Source: Octopus sinensis
Lineage: Eukaryota
Direction of reading: 5' to 3'
Assembly: GCF_006345805.1 (NCBI RefSeq)
Contig: NC_042999.1
Span: 169,508,001 to 169,572,000 of the forward strand
DNA: 64,000 bases
The notes below the pieces were generated by a model. The model was not told where the DNA came from. It saw nothing but the letters and a program-made list of their open reading frames with translations, and made no database searches. This document shows positions 38,960 to 50,611 of this stretch, one piece after another; position 1 is the first letter of the stretch, and the number at the start of each line of letters is the position of its first letter. The position numbers and the translations under genes are program-made.

Positions 38960-39790
38960 TTGTGAGTCAAAAGGGATTTTGTGGGTATTTCTAGCATGTT
39001 ACAACAACAGCATAAATGCCAAGTGTTGAAACAGCGTTTTCTAGAGGAAAGATATTTGGAGAATAACATCTGGGCAAACTCTTTGGATGATAGAATAGAG
39101 GTCTTGGGAGAGAAAGAGACAAATGAGCCGTGAGAGCATGAATGGATGAAGTCAACAACAGCATAAATGCCAAGTGTTGAACAGCGTTTCTAGAGGAAAG
39201 ATATTCTGGAGAATAACATCTGGGCAAACTCTTTGGATTGATAGAATAGAGGTCTTGGGAGAGAAAGAGACAACTGAGCCGTGAGAGCATGAATGGATGA
39301 GAAGAAAGATGACTGCCAGTGATGAGGAGTTGAGGCTTCTGTAGCGACAATAGAGAGAGGAAGCAACAGACCTGTAGGCTATGACCGTAACATGCCTGTG
39401 ATGGACTCCAGTCTTCCTCTGGACATGATCAAGGCTGTTTGTAAGTGTAACAGCACCATACCAGATGTGGAAGCAGTACTTATGAATTTCATCTAAATGT
39501 TGCAGGGTTGTTGGAGGCTGAAGTATTTTTTGGCTCTGAAGAGGTTAGGCTAATCTTTGCTATATTAAATGTCTTGCCAGGAGAAAACCTCAGTGGCAGT
39601 CGAGGCCTAACATTTGGAAAAACTGCAAAGGGTTCTATTAATATTTGGAGGAGAAACAAAGTAATGTGCTTTGTGCCCAAGCACAACAGAAGAACTGTAG
39701 AATGATTTGAACTCATAACTATGACATGAATTCAGGTTATTAAATCTGGTTTCAGCTACTAAAATATATATCCGTAAGAACCTTTCAGCA
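38960..39790 (-). mobile_element. Highly decayed CR1/Jockey-group LINE 3' end containing a tandem duplication of about 153 bp (39002-39300)
   Basis: Minus-strand remnant KYCFHIWYGAVT..SLDHVQRK; caacaacagcataaatgccaagtgttg...gagagcatgaatggatga occurs twice. Confidence 0.5.
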
Positions 39791-40498
39791 TCACTACTAA
39801 CACCACGACTGCCACTACCTTCAACATAATCCACTATCAACACCACCACTACTACCACTGCAACCATCACCTATGTCACTTCATCATTATTAACATCGTC
39901 TCTATTACCACTAACATCCTCACCACCTTCACCATTATTAAAAACATCATCACCACAGTCAATATCCTCCTCATCTTAACCAATACCAATACTTTTAATA
40001 CAAACACCACCATTATTTACAAGCACCACTTCAATCACTACCATGATCATCACTCCTCACCATCTTACTAGAACCATTTTTCTCCATCACCCCTTCACCA
40101 AGGAGGGCACCTCTGCATGATTGTTTAGCTGCCTAGAAATAATAGTGAAATCTCCCTCAAATCACCTTTTATTTTAAATGACAACAAACCATGCTAGATT
40201 ACATGATCCTACATACTTCTAAAAAGATGTGATGGTCACAACTTGATTAAGGTTGACTTAGGGCTTCACAACAACCAACAACAATATTTTTAACTAACAT
40301 CACCATTCACAACTACTTGAAACACACCATTAAAGCTGTCTACATAAAAATCTCTTTCACAATGTACCAAATCACATCTCCACAATTTTTGGCATCAACT
40401 CCTACATTCTACACAAGCAATTTACAAAAGACAAGAGACAGAGTAATTACAGTAATTTACCATTCCATAAAACTATATAAGTTCATTTGAGAACTTAC

Positions 40499-40581
40499 CA
40501 AATATGTGGAAAATCAGGACCGAAGTGGATAACACACCAGTGCTTGATACTAAAAGAAAAATTGTCCTCTTACGACCAAAC
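40499..40581 (-). CDS. SLC22 transporter exon 6 (KFGRKRTIFLLVSSTGVLSTSVLIFHIF); not in ORF track
   Basis: attccacag|G acceptor and G|GTAAGT donor; 83 nt, phase 2 to 1, fitting both neighbours; second MFS GRK/R loop. Confidence 0.93.
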
Positions 40582-40664
40582 CTGTGGAATATAAAACACC
40601 AAACGTTAGTTATGTGGATAACGGTTTCAGATAGATTAACAGGTTAATAGTGGTTTCACAATTT

Positions 40665-40850
40665 GGCACAAACCCAGCAATTTAGGGGGAGGGGGTAAGT
40701 TGATTACACTCAATCCAGTTCTCAACTGGTACTTAATTTATTGACCCAAAAAGGATGAAAGGCACAGTCAGCCTCAGTCGAATTAAAACCCAGAATGGGA
40801 AGACAGACAAAATGTTGCTAGGCATTTTGCTCAGCATGATAACGATACTG
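40665..40850 (-). mobile_element. tRNA-derived SINE
   Basis: aactggtacttaatttattgacccaaaaaggatgaaaggcacagtc...gcattttgctcagcatgataacgat; same family as 51518. Confidence 0.7.
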
Positions 40851-40854
40851 GGTA

Positions 40855-41181
40855 TGTATGTGTGTGTGTGTGTGTATGTATGTATATACACATACATACA
40901 TACATACACACACATATATATATGTATACATATATATACATATATATATATATATACACATATATACATACATATATATGCACATATATATGCACATATA
41001 TATGCACCTATATATACACATATATATGCACATATTACACATATATATGCACATATATACACACATATATATATATATATATATATAATATATATATATA
41101 TACACATATATATACATATATACACACACACATATATATATACATACAAATATATACATACATATATATATACATACATAT

Positions 41182-41220
<39 letters not shown>

Positions 41221-41521
41221 CCAAGTAAGTTAGGGGTTGTGGATCCAACCCACTAAGGGATTTGTACATATGTATATATATGCATCTGCATGTATTTGCT
41301 GCCCACACGCATGTACATATGTGTCTGCAGAATAATAATGTAATAACTCTATATTAACTGGATGATATATGAATATATTAACTGTGATTGTAAAATTAAT
41401 AAAATTACATCTTTCATAAATATCTGTTTATATTATATTATAGTATACTATATATTTAAATTTCTTATACTATGTATTGTGAAGTGAAGAATACACACAA
41501 GCTAATATTATTACTAATAAC

Positions 41522-41567
<46 letters not shown>

Positions 41568-41580
41568 TTAGTAATAATTA
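40855..41580. repeat. (TA/CA)n compound microsatellite (40855-41220) and (AAT)n (about 41500-41578)
   Basis: Directly visible. Confidence 0.93.
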
Positions 41581-41724
41581 AATATTATATGTGTACTCAT
41601 AGATATGGATGTATATGTCGCTCTAGTATATATAATTGTCTATATGCTTGTACGTATGTATAATTATGTCCATTTCTATATTTATGTACACATATATGTG
41701 TATATATGTGCTTATGTATATATA

Positions 41725-42978
41725 TCATCATCATCCTCATCATCGTTTAACATCCGCTTTCCATGCTAGCATGGGTTGGACGAATGACTGAGGGCTGGCG
41801 AACCAGATGGCTGCACCAGGCTCCAATCTTGATTTGGCAGAGTTTCTACAGCTGGATGCCCTTCCTAACGCCAACCACTCTGAGAGTGTAGTGGATGCTT
41901 TTTATGTACCAGCAGCACGGGGGCCAGTCAGGCAGTACTGGCAACGACCTTGCTCGAATCCTTTTACACATGCCACCGGCACAGGTGCCAGTAAGGCAAC
42001 TTTGATAACGATCATGCTCGAATGGTGCCCTTTAAGTGCCACTGGCATGGAAGCTGGTTAGCCGCTCTGTCAATGATCACACTCATATGGTGCTCCTTAC
42101 ACCCTGCTAGCACGGACGCCAGTCATCGAATTTGATTTTGATTTTGATTTTGATTTCACTTGCCTCAACAGGTCTTCGCAAGCAGAGTTTTAGTGTCTAA
42201 AGAAGGGAAAGGTATGCATAAGTGGGCTGGTAACGCCCCTGGCATAGGCCACGAGATTATGGTCTCACTTGGCTTGCTGGGTCTTCTCATGCACAGCATA
42301 TTTCCATAGGTCTCGGTCACTAGTCATTTCCTTGGTGAGGCCTAAAGTTCGAAGGTCGTGCTTCACCACTCATCCCAGGTATTCGTGGGTCTACCTCTTC
42401 CACAGGTTCCCTCAACCGCTAGGGTGTGGCACTTTTTCACACAGCTGTCCTCATCCATTCTTGCCACATGACCATACCAGCAGTCATCTCTCTTGCACAC
42501 AACATCTGATTCCTCTTAGGTCCAACTTTTCTCTCAAGGTACTTACACTCTGTCGACTATGAACACTGACATTACACATCCATCGGATCATACTGGCTTC
42601 ATTCCTTGTGAGTTTACGCATGTCCTCAGCAGTCACAGCCCATGTTTCACTGCCATGTAGCATGGCTGTTCGTACACATGCGTCATACAGTCTACCTTTT
42701 ACTCTGAGCGAGAGGCCCTTTGTCACCTATTTTAGCAGCTACACTTTCAGCGCACCCACTTTCACTATTGACTTGGTCCCCTAGGTAACGGAAGCTATCA
42801 ACTACTTCCAGTTTTTCTCCCTGGAGTCTGGTGGAAGTTGGTTTCTGCGCATTTTCAGTGTTTATTGCTCCCGAGCATCTGCCACATACAAAAACTATCT
42901 TCCCTGTTAGCCTTCCTTTGATATTACTGCACCTCTTATGTGTCCATAGCTTACACTTGGTGCATCTTATAGAGTTTC

Positions 42979-42985
<7 letters not shown>
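41725..42985 (-). mobile_element. 5'-truncated RTE LINE, 3' end with deletions
   Basis: KGRLYDACVRTAMLHGSETWAVTAEDMRKL...RWMCNVSV; 3' UTR and (GAT)n tail. Confidence 0.92.
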
Positions 42986-43017
<32 letters not shown>

Positions 43018-43542
43018 TTGTGCGTGTAATTTGTTTCATTTATATATTTATATTTTTTATTGTACTTTATAATATGTGACGAGGCCTAGGGACTAATATA
43101 AGTACCTCATTTTCAACTGCCTACCACCTCAATACACTTGACTTATATAGGCACAATAAATTACAATTTTCCATAGGCTGAAACAGCTGTAAGTGATTTT
43201 GATAATTTATATGCATGCTTTTTAATAACTACTTGTATTCTTATCTTATATGCATTCAATTTTATACTATATATACGTATATTATTATGGTTGTCATTTT
43301 GATAAATAAATAAGTCAACATTTTAATATCCTAAAAATGATTAGCCAACTAATGTGCTTCTCCATTTTCTTATTTGTAATACATATATATATATATATAT
43401 GTACAAATATATACATACATACATATATATACATATATACATACATACATATATACACATACATATATACATATATACACATACATATATACATATATAC
43501 ACATACATATATATATATACATACATATATACATATATATAC

Positions 43543-45300
43543 ATCATCATCGGTTAACGTCCGTTTTCCATGCTAGCATGGGTTGGACGGTTCAACTGGG
43601 TTCTGGGAAGCCAGAAGGCTGCGCCAGGCCCAGTCTGATCTGGCAGTGTTTCTACAGCTGGATGCCCTTCCTAACGCCAACCACTCCGAGAGTGTAATGG
43701 GTGCTTTTTATGTGCCACCCGCACAGGTGCCAGACGGGGCTGGCAAACGGCCACGGACGGATGGTGCTTTTTACATGCCACTGGCACGGAGGCCAGTCGG
43801 GGCGGTGCTGGCAATGGCCACGTTCTCTTACGTGTCAGCGGTACTGGTATCTCAGCTACAATTTCCATTGATGTTGAACGATTTCAATTTCGATTTTCAC
43901 TTGCCTCAACAGGTCTTCACATGTAGGGTTTGTGTCACAAGAAGGAAAGGTATGCATAAGTGGGCTGGCTACATCCCAGGTAGAGGCCACAGGTTATGGT
44001 CTCACTTGTTCTGCTGGGTCTTCCCACGCACAACATACTTCCAAAGGTCTCGGTCTCTGGTCATTTCCTCGGTGAGACCTAAAGTTCGAAGGTCGTTCTT
44101 AACCACCTCGTCCCAGGTTTTCCTGGGTCTACCTCTTCCACAGGTCCCCTCAACCGCCAGGGTGTGGCACTTTTTCACACAACTATCTTCATCCGTTCTT
44201 GCTACATGACCATACCAGCGCAAACGTCTCTCTTGCACACCACAACTGATGCTTCTTAGGTCCAACTTTTCTCTCAAGGTACTTACACTCTGTCGAGTAT
44301 GAACACTGACATTACACATCCATCGGAGCATACTGGCTTCATTTCTTGCGAGCTTACGTATATCCTCAGCAGTCACAGCCCATGTTTCACTGCCATGTAG
44401 CATGGCTGTTCGTACACATGCGTCACACAGTCACACAGGCAGTTACTTACTCTTGCAGTTACACTTTCAGCACACCCGCCCCCGCTACTGACTTGGTCAC
44501 CTAGGTAACGGAAGCTATTAACTATTTCTAGTTTTTCTCCCTGGAATGTGTGCGGAAGTTGATCTCTGCACATTTTCAGTGTTATTGGCTCCTGAGCATC
44601 TGCCACATACAAAAACTATTTCCTAGTTAGCCTTCCTTTGACATTGCTGCACCCTCTTATGTGTCCATAGCTTACACTTGGTGCATCTTAATAGAGTTTC
44701 TAACCTATGCCTTTACTACAGATCAAGCAGGCCATCTACCTGAAGGCGTTTGTGATTTGTCTACCTTCCTACTTATTAGGACTTTGGTTTTAGCTAGATT
44801 GACTCTGAGGCCCTTTGATTCTAATCCTTGTTTCCATACCTGAAACTTCTCCTCCAGTTCTGAAAGTGACTCAGCAATTAGAGCAAGGTCATCAGCATAG
44901 AGGAGCTCCCAGGGGCATCCTGTCTTGAATTCCTCCGTTATTGCCTGGAGTACTATGATAAATAGGAGGGGACTGAGGAGTGAACCTTGGTGGACCCCTA
45001 CCTCTACCTGGAATTCTTCACTGTATTCATTGCCAACCCTCACCTTACTAGCAGCATCCCTGTACATGGCTCGCACAGCTCTCACTAACCATTCATTTAT
45101 CTCTAGTTTCCTCATTGACCACCAGATAAGGGATCGGAGGACCCTGTCAAAGGCTTTCTCCATGTCAACAAAACCAGGTACAGGGGCTTATCTTTGGCTA
45201 GGTATTTCTCCTGCAGCTGTCTTACCAGGAATATAGCATCAGTAGTACTTTTCCCTGGCACAAACCCAAACTGCATCTCATCTAAACTAACCTAATTGAG
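43543..45300 (-). mobile_element. 5'-truncated RTE LINE (RT core to 3' UTR)
   Basis: MEKAFDRV, GVHQGSLLSPLLF, LLYADDLAL, FRYLGD, LHGSETW, RRLRWYGHVAR; (GAT)n tail. Confidence 0.93.
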
Positions 45301-45459
45301 AGAGAGATATTTTGCAGATTTAGGGGAGATGCGTGAGCTAAATTTATCTTAGACATCGATAATTGAGAGGAACCATAGAATTATATATATATTTAACACA
45401 AGACGTGAGGCTGAAATTTATCTTGGACATCGATAAGAGGAAACTATAGAATTATATAG

Positions 45460-46670
45460 ATGCTCGGGAGCATTGACCTCCGAAAATCTGCAGAAAACAA
45501 CTTCCGTCACTTTCCAGCGGGAAAAACTAGAAGTAGTTGATAGCTTCCGTTATCTAGGTGACCAAGTCAGTAGTGGGGGTGGGTGCGCTGAGAGTGTAAC
45601 TGCTAGAATAAGAATAGCCTGGGCAAAGTTTAGAGAGCTCTTACCTCTGCTGGTGACTAAAGGCCTCTCGCTCAGAGTAAAGGGCAGACTGTATGATGCA
45701 TGTGTTCGAACTGCCATGCTACATGGCAGTGAAACATGGGCCGTGACTGCTGAGGACATGCGTAAGCTCGTGAGGAATGAAGCCAGTATGCTCCGATGGA
45801 TGTGTAATGTCAGTGTACTTACTCGACAGAGTGTTAGTTCCCTAAGAGAAATGTTGTACCTAAGAAGCATCAGTTGTTGCGTGCAAGAGAGACGTTTGCG
45901 CTGGTATGGTCATGTGGCGAGAATGGATGAAGATAGGTGTGTGAGAAAGTGCCAATCCCTAGTAGTTGAGGGAACCCGTGGAAGAGGTAGACCCAAGAAA
46001 ACCTGGGACGAGGTGGTGCAGCACGACCTTCGAACGTTAGGTCTCACCATGGAAATGACTAGAGACCGAGACCTATGGAAGTATGCTGTACGTGAGAAGA
46101 CCCGGCAAGACTAGTGAAGCCATAACCCGTGGCCCCTACCTGGGACGTAGTCAGTCCGCCTGTGCATACCTTCCTGCTTGTGACACTTGTGAAGACCTGT
46201 TGAGGCAAATCAAATCAAAGTCAAATCGAATCAAGTCAAACCAAATCAAAATAGATGAACATCAATGGAATTTGTATCCTTGTGGTACCAGTGCCGGTGG
46301 CACATAAGAAAACCATCCGAACGGGACCGTAGCCAGTACCGCATCGACTGGCCTCCGTGCTGTGGGCACGTAACAAACACCGTCCGAGCGTGGCCGTCTG
46401 CCAGCCTCGTCTGGCACCTGTGTCGGTGGCACATAAAAACACCATCCGAGCGTGGCCGTTCGCCAGCCTCGTCTGGCACCTGTGTCGGTGGCACATAAAA
46501 TCACCCACTACACTCTCGGAGTGGTTGGCATTAGGAAGGGCATCCAGCTGTAGAAACACTGCCAGATCTGACTGGCCTGGTGCAGCCTTCGGGCTCCCCA
46601 GACCCCAGTTGAACCGTCCAACCCATGCTAGCATGGAAAGCGGACGTTAAACGATGATGATGATGATGAT
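45460..46670 (+). mobile_element. Young 5'-truncated RTE LINE, same family, opposite orientation
   Basis: Intact 213-codon frame 45473-46114 (FRYLGDQ...LHGSETW...RRLRWYGHVAR...GRPKKTW); 3' UTR with a 59-bp tandem repeat; (GAT)n tail. Confidence 0.95.
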
Positions 46671-46769
46671 ATATTTAACACTAGACGTGAGGCTGAAATA
46701 GACAGAGTCAAACAGAATAGTGATAACTATGGGTTAATCAATTCCACAGAAATATTACTATGTAGGTAA

Positions 46770-47570
46770 CGGGATGAATTTAAAGGTAGTTTACAGCAAA
46801 AGTTTGAATCGAAAGACAACAATAAAGATTTTAAGTTAGATTGGTTCATCCTGTCCGTATCTTTCCCTTATGATAAGGGCAAAGGATTTTGTAACATTTG
46901 CAACTCAGAACTCTTCCATATTCTCTTCTCTAAGAATCACCTTGTTAACACACTTATAGAGCGATCTTACAAATGTAAGCAATGGCAGAAACATACCTTT
47001 AGCTCATATAAGTGATTTTTACCAGTCTTGATAGTTTGAACATTTAGTTCAACTTGCACTTTACTTCAATAGAGAAATCTGCTTCTAAGCCTTTGAACAT
47101 TTTTTCAATCAACGTATCCCTCTCTATTTGTTCTCTACTTATCATTCCTTTACCCCTTGTCTTTCTAGGGTCTGCCTTTGACGTCAAATCTACTAACGGT
47201 TTTTTAAATACTTAATAACGTTCTGTTTATCATTTAGGCAGTCATCGTAATTGTTATAATGTCTTGTTGTTGAGAGAGGCTCTCTCTTTCTTTCCTGATG
47301 AGAAGATTGCATTTTACACCATGTATTCCTTTGGAATAATACTATGTTGTCTTCGAAACATATGTCGAAAGTAAAAGAATTTTAATAACATCTTTGTTCA
47401 ACTCCATTTATTTAGTTATAATACACAAATTACTGCACATTAACCTGGAGTTTCTACCTTTGAATAGGTCACTACATCCGTGTTACTTGCGTGAATTTTG
47501 CTACCCTGGTAACGGTTTATTGAATTTTCCATGTTAACGGTAAACAAAGGATAATTCATTCATCCATTTA
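46770..47570 (+). mobile_element. 5'-truncated Penelope-like element: GIY-YIG endonuclease C-terminus plus 3' terminal region with hammerhead
   Basis: ATG-less 81-codon frame 46770-47015 (...LDWFILSVSFPYDKGKGFCNICNSELFHILFSKNHLVNTLIERSYKCKQWQKH...*) fits the PLE pattern W.IL.....Y......C..C..E...I......L.N...E....C; canonical hammerhead about 280 nt downstream. Confidence 0.72.
47290..47371 (+). ncRNA. Canonical type I hammerhead ribozyme
   Basis: Stem I CUUUC/GAAAG, CUGAUGA (47295-47301), stem II GAAGA/UCUUC, GAAA (47355-47358), palindromic stem III ACAUAUGU, GUC cleavage triplet ending at 47366. Confidence 0.8.
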
Positions 47571-47680
47571 TATATATATATATATATATATTATATAAAC
47601 AATTGCAGCATGGAAGGTGTTTGTAAGCCATTTAAGAAACACACAAAAGCCGTTCGATTCACTTCAACATTTAAGTTTAA

Positions 47681-47730
47681 TTCGTCAAAATATTTTCGTC
47701 GCTAAAATCCGCGACCTGTTCACTGACAAA
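47681..47730 (-). ncRNA. Mirror-image G3:C8 hammerhead (left arm; sense to the SLC22 pre-mRNA)
   Basis: Identical to 47751-47800 except one G:U wobble in stem I (UGACGAA). Confidence 0.66.
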
Positions 47731-47750
47731 GTCCGTGCTGCATCACGGAC

Positions 47751-47800
47751 TTTGTCAGTGAACAGGTCGCGGATTTTAGCGACGAAAATATTTTGACAAA
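47751..47800 (+). ncRNA. Type I hammerhead with G3:C8 variant core (right arm of palindrome)
   Basis: Stem I UUUGUCA/UGACAAA, core GUGAACA plus extra G, stem II GUCGC/GCGAC, GAAA, palindromic AAUAUU, H17 = U47793. Confidence 0.68.
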
Positions 47801-47934
47801 TTAAACTTAAATGTTGAAGTGAATCGAACGGCTTTTGTGTGTTTCTTAAATGGCTTATAAACACCTTCCACGCTGCAATTGTTTTCGTTTCAGCACACAA
47901 TCTCAGATCAAATTACTTGCTATGCGAGTACATC

Positions 47935-47938
47935 TCCG

Positions 47939-47985
<47 letters not shown>

Positions 47986-48640
47986 TATATACATACATAT
48001 ATATATACATATATACATACACATATATATACATATACATATATACATACCTATATATATATATACACATATTGACATGCATATACAAATATATATATAC
48101 ATATATATATACATACATATATACATACATATATATATATATATACACATATTGACATGCATATACAAATATATATATACATATATACATACATATATAC
48201 ATACATATATATATATATATATACATATTGACATGCATATACAAATATATATATACATATATATATACATACATATATACATACATATATATATATATAT
48301 ATATACATATTGACATGCATATACAAATATATATATACATATATATATACATACATACATATATATATATATATACATATTGACATGCATATACAAATAT
48401 ATATATACATATATATATACATACATACATATTGACATGCATATACAAATATATATATACATATATATATACATACATACATATTGACATGCATATACAA
48501 ATATATATATACATATATATATATACATACATACATATTGACATGCATATACAAATATATATATACATATATATATACATACATACATATAGACATGCAT
48601 ATACAAATATATATATACATACATACATATAGACATGCAT
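47935..48640. repeat. (TA/CA)n tract plus compound minisatellite anchored by (t/a)gacatgcatatacaaat, about 10 units of variable length
   Basis: Directly visible; abuts the Helitron 5' end. Confidence 0.9.
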
Positions 48641-48641
48641 A

Positions 48642-49001
48642 TCTCTCTATATATAAACGCAGTTTGTCTGTGCGTGTTTCTGTGTGTCTGTTTGCTTGTA
48701 CCCTCACCTGACACGGCTTTCAACCGATATCTGATGAAACTTACACATACATAGCCCAATGTCATAATCAAAACTAACGCAGCGAAAATTTTCAAAAGTT
48801 CCCCAGTTCTGAAAAAAATCGATAAATTCGACATGGGTAAATAGAAACGCAAACCGCAAACTGTCTAGGGGACGCAACTCCACCTTTTTTAACTAAAAAA
48901 AATACCATCATTTTTTATATTTTTTTTTATTTTTTGGCTATAACCTCTAAAAATGCTTTATAGTATTATACAAACCTGAGCAACGCCGGGCGATACGCTA
49001 T
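48642..49001 (+). mobile_element. Non-autonomous Helitron
   Basis: A|TC start (tctctctatatataaa); subterminal GC hairpin cctgagcaacgccggg followed 7 nt later by CTA(T) in place of CTAG. Confidence 0.7.
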
Positions 49002-49033
49002 ACAAATATATATATACATATATATATACATAC

Positions 49034-49066
<33 letters not shown>

Positions 49067-49086
49067 ATATATATACACACATATAT

Positions 49087-49135
<49 letters not shown>

Positions 49136-49144
49136 TACACATAT

Positions 49145-49500
49145 AGTGGTCAATGCGGAAACTAGGGATAGATGAATGGTTAGTGAGAGCTGTGCCAGCC
49201 ATGTACAGGGATGCTGTTAGTAAGGTGAGGGTTGGCAACGAGTACAGTGAAGAATTCCGGCTAGGAGTAGGGGTCCACCAAGAATCAGTACTCAGCCCCC
49301 CACCCCTTATTCATCGTAGTCCTCCAGGCAATAACTAAGGAATTCTAGACAGGATGCCCCTGGGAGCTCCTCTATGCTGATGACCTTACTCTTATTGCTG
49401 AGTCACTATCAGAACTAGAGGGAAAGTTTCATGTGTGACAGCAAGGATTAGAATCGAAGGGCCTTAGAGTCAACCTAGAGTCAAAGGAAGGCTAACTGGG
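49145..49500 (+). mobile_element. RTE RT internal fragment
   Basis: MRKLGIDEWLVRAV...GVHQESVLSP...GCPWELLYADDL. Confidence 0.88.
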
Positions 49501-50611
49501 AAGATAGTTTTTCTATGTGGCAAATGCTCTCTCTCGCTCTCTCTCGGAATCAACAACATTGCACAATTAGAACGGTTGTGGGTGGACCACTCATAGAAAC
49601 CTTTTCCTTGGAGATGGTCAAAGGTTGAGCAACTTCTCTCCAAAGAACTTTATGGCTAAAACTATATAAGGATGGTCCAATATTGATGGAAGAGTTTTAT
49701 CAGAAAAGATACTACACAACTTATGTACAACAGGCACCAATGAAGAAACCTTCACATAGTTAGTCAATTTGCTAAAAATAACAGCCACACTTTCCTCAGA
49801 AATCACTTCACCATCTTAAAATAGGGAAGGTCAGTAGATAATATAAGCTTAGATACCCTCTGCAAAACTGCACTAACATAATAAATATAATATTGATTAT
49901 AATCGTCATCATCTTCATTTTTATGTGTTTTTATGCATTCCTTGCTGATAGCATTTAGGTGGATCTACTCCGACACGGTGCCATGTCAATCTTTGTCTCT
50001 TTCGTCATCTCTTTTGTAAAGCCAACACCCAAAGACCAGACACTGCAGTTCAACTAACGAGGGTGCTATCTCTCTCTCTCTCTCTCTCACTCACCCTCTC
50101 TTTCTCTATCTATCTATCTGTCTATCTATCTATCTCCAGCTCATTTTTCTCATTCTGCAGTTTCTCATTTTAGCATTTTAATACATTTTCTTTTCCTTTT
50201 CAGCATTAATGCTAAAAAGTGTGCTTCTAGCATTTTGTGCTTTCTTTTCACCCGCAATGTCTTGTTTCATAGAGATCCCTTCTTTGTAATACATTCTAAA
50301 TTTCTCACTGAACTCATTGCTAATTCCTCAGGACACTTTGCAGTACATGGTTTGTACAAACAGCTCTCACAAATCATATTAATAATAATCATTTCTAACT
50401 CTGGCACAAAGCCAGATAAGGGGTATAAAATCAACCTCAGTACTTGACAGACCCTTATTTTACATACTCTGGTATATAAGGTAAAGTCAATTTTTACTTT
50501 TATATTTAAATAATAATGTAAAGGGAGGAAATTAAAAGCAGTTCTGTCCACTTGCCTCACCAATTCTGTCCAGCATCTTTACGACAACAATAATTATAAT
50601 ATTAATATTGA

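Larger units (their letters stand above)
47597..47884. repeat. 288-bp palindrome (141-bp arms, 3 transition mismatches, 6-nt spacer)
   Basis: Arms 47597-47737 and 47744-47884 compared base by base. Confidence 0.96.

Noticed and set aside
48731-48740. Other CTGANGA words (here ctgatgaaac; also 3467, 49376, 61295)
   Set aside because: No stem II/GAAA/UH arrangement; two are simply the YADD codons of RT.
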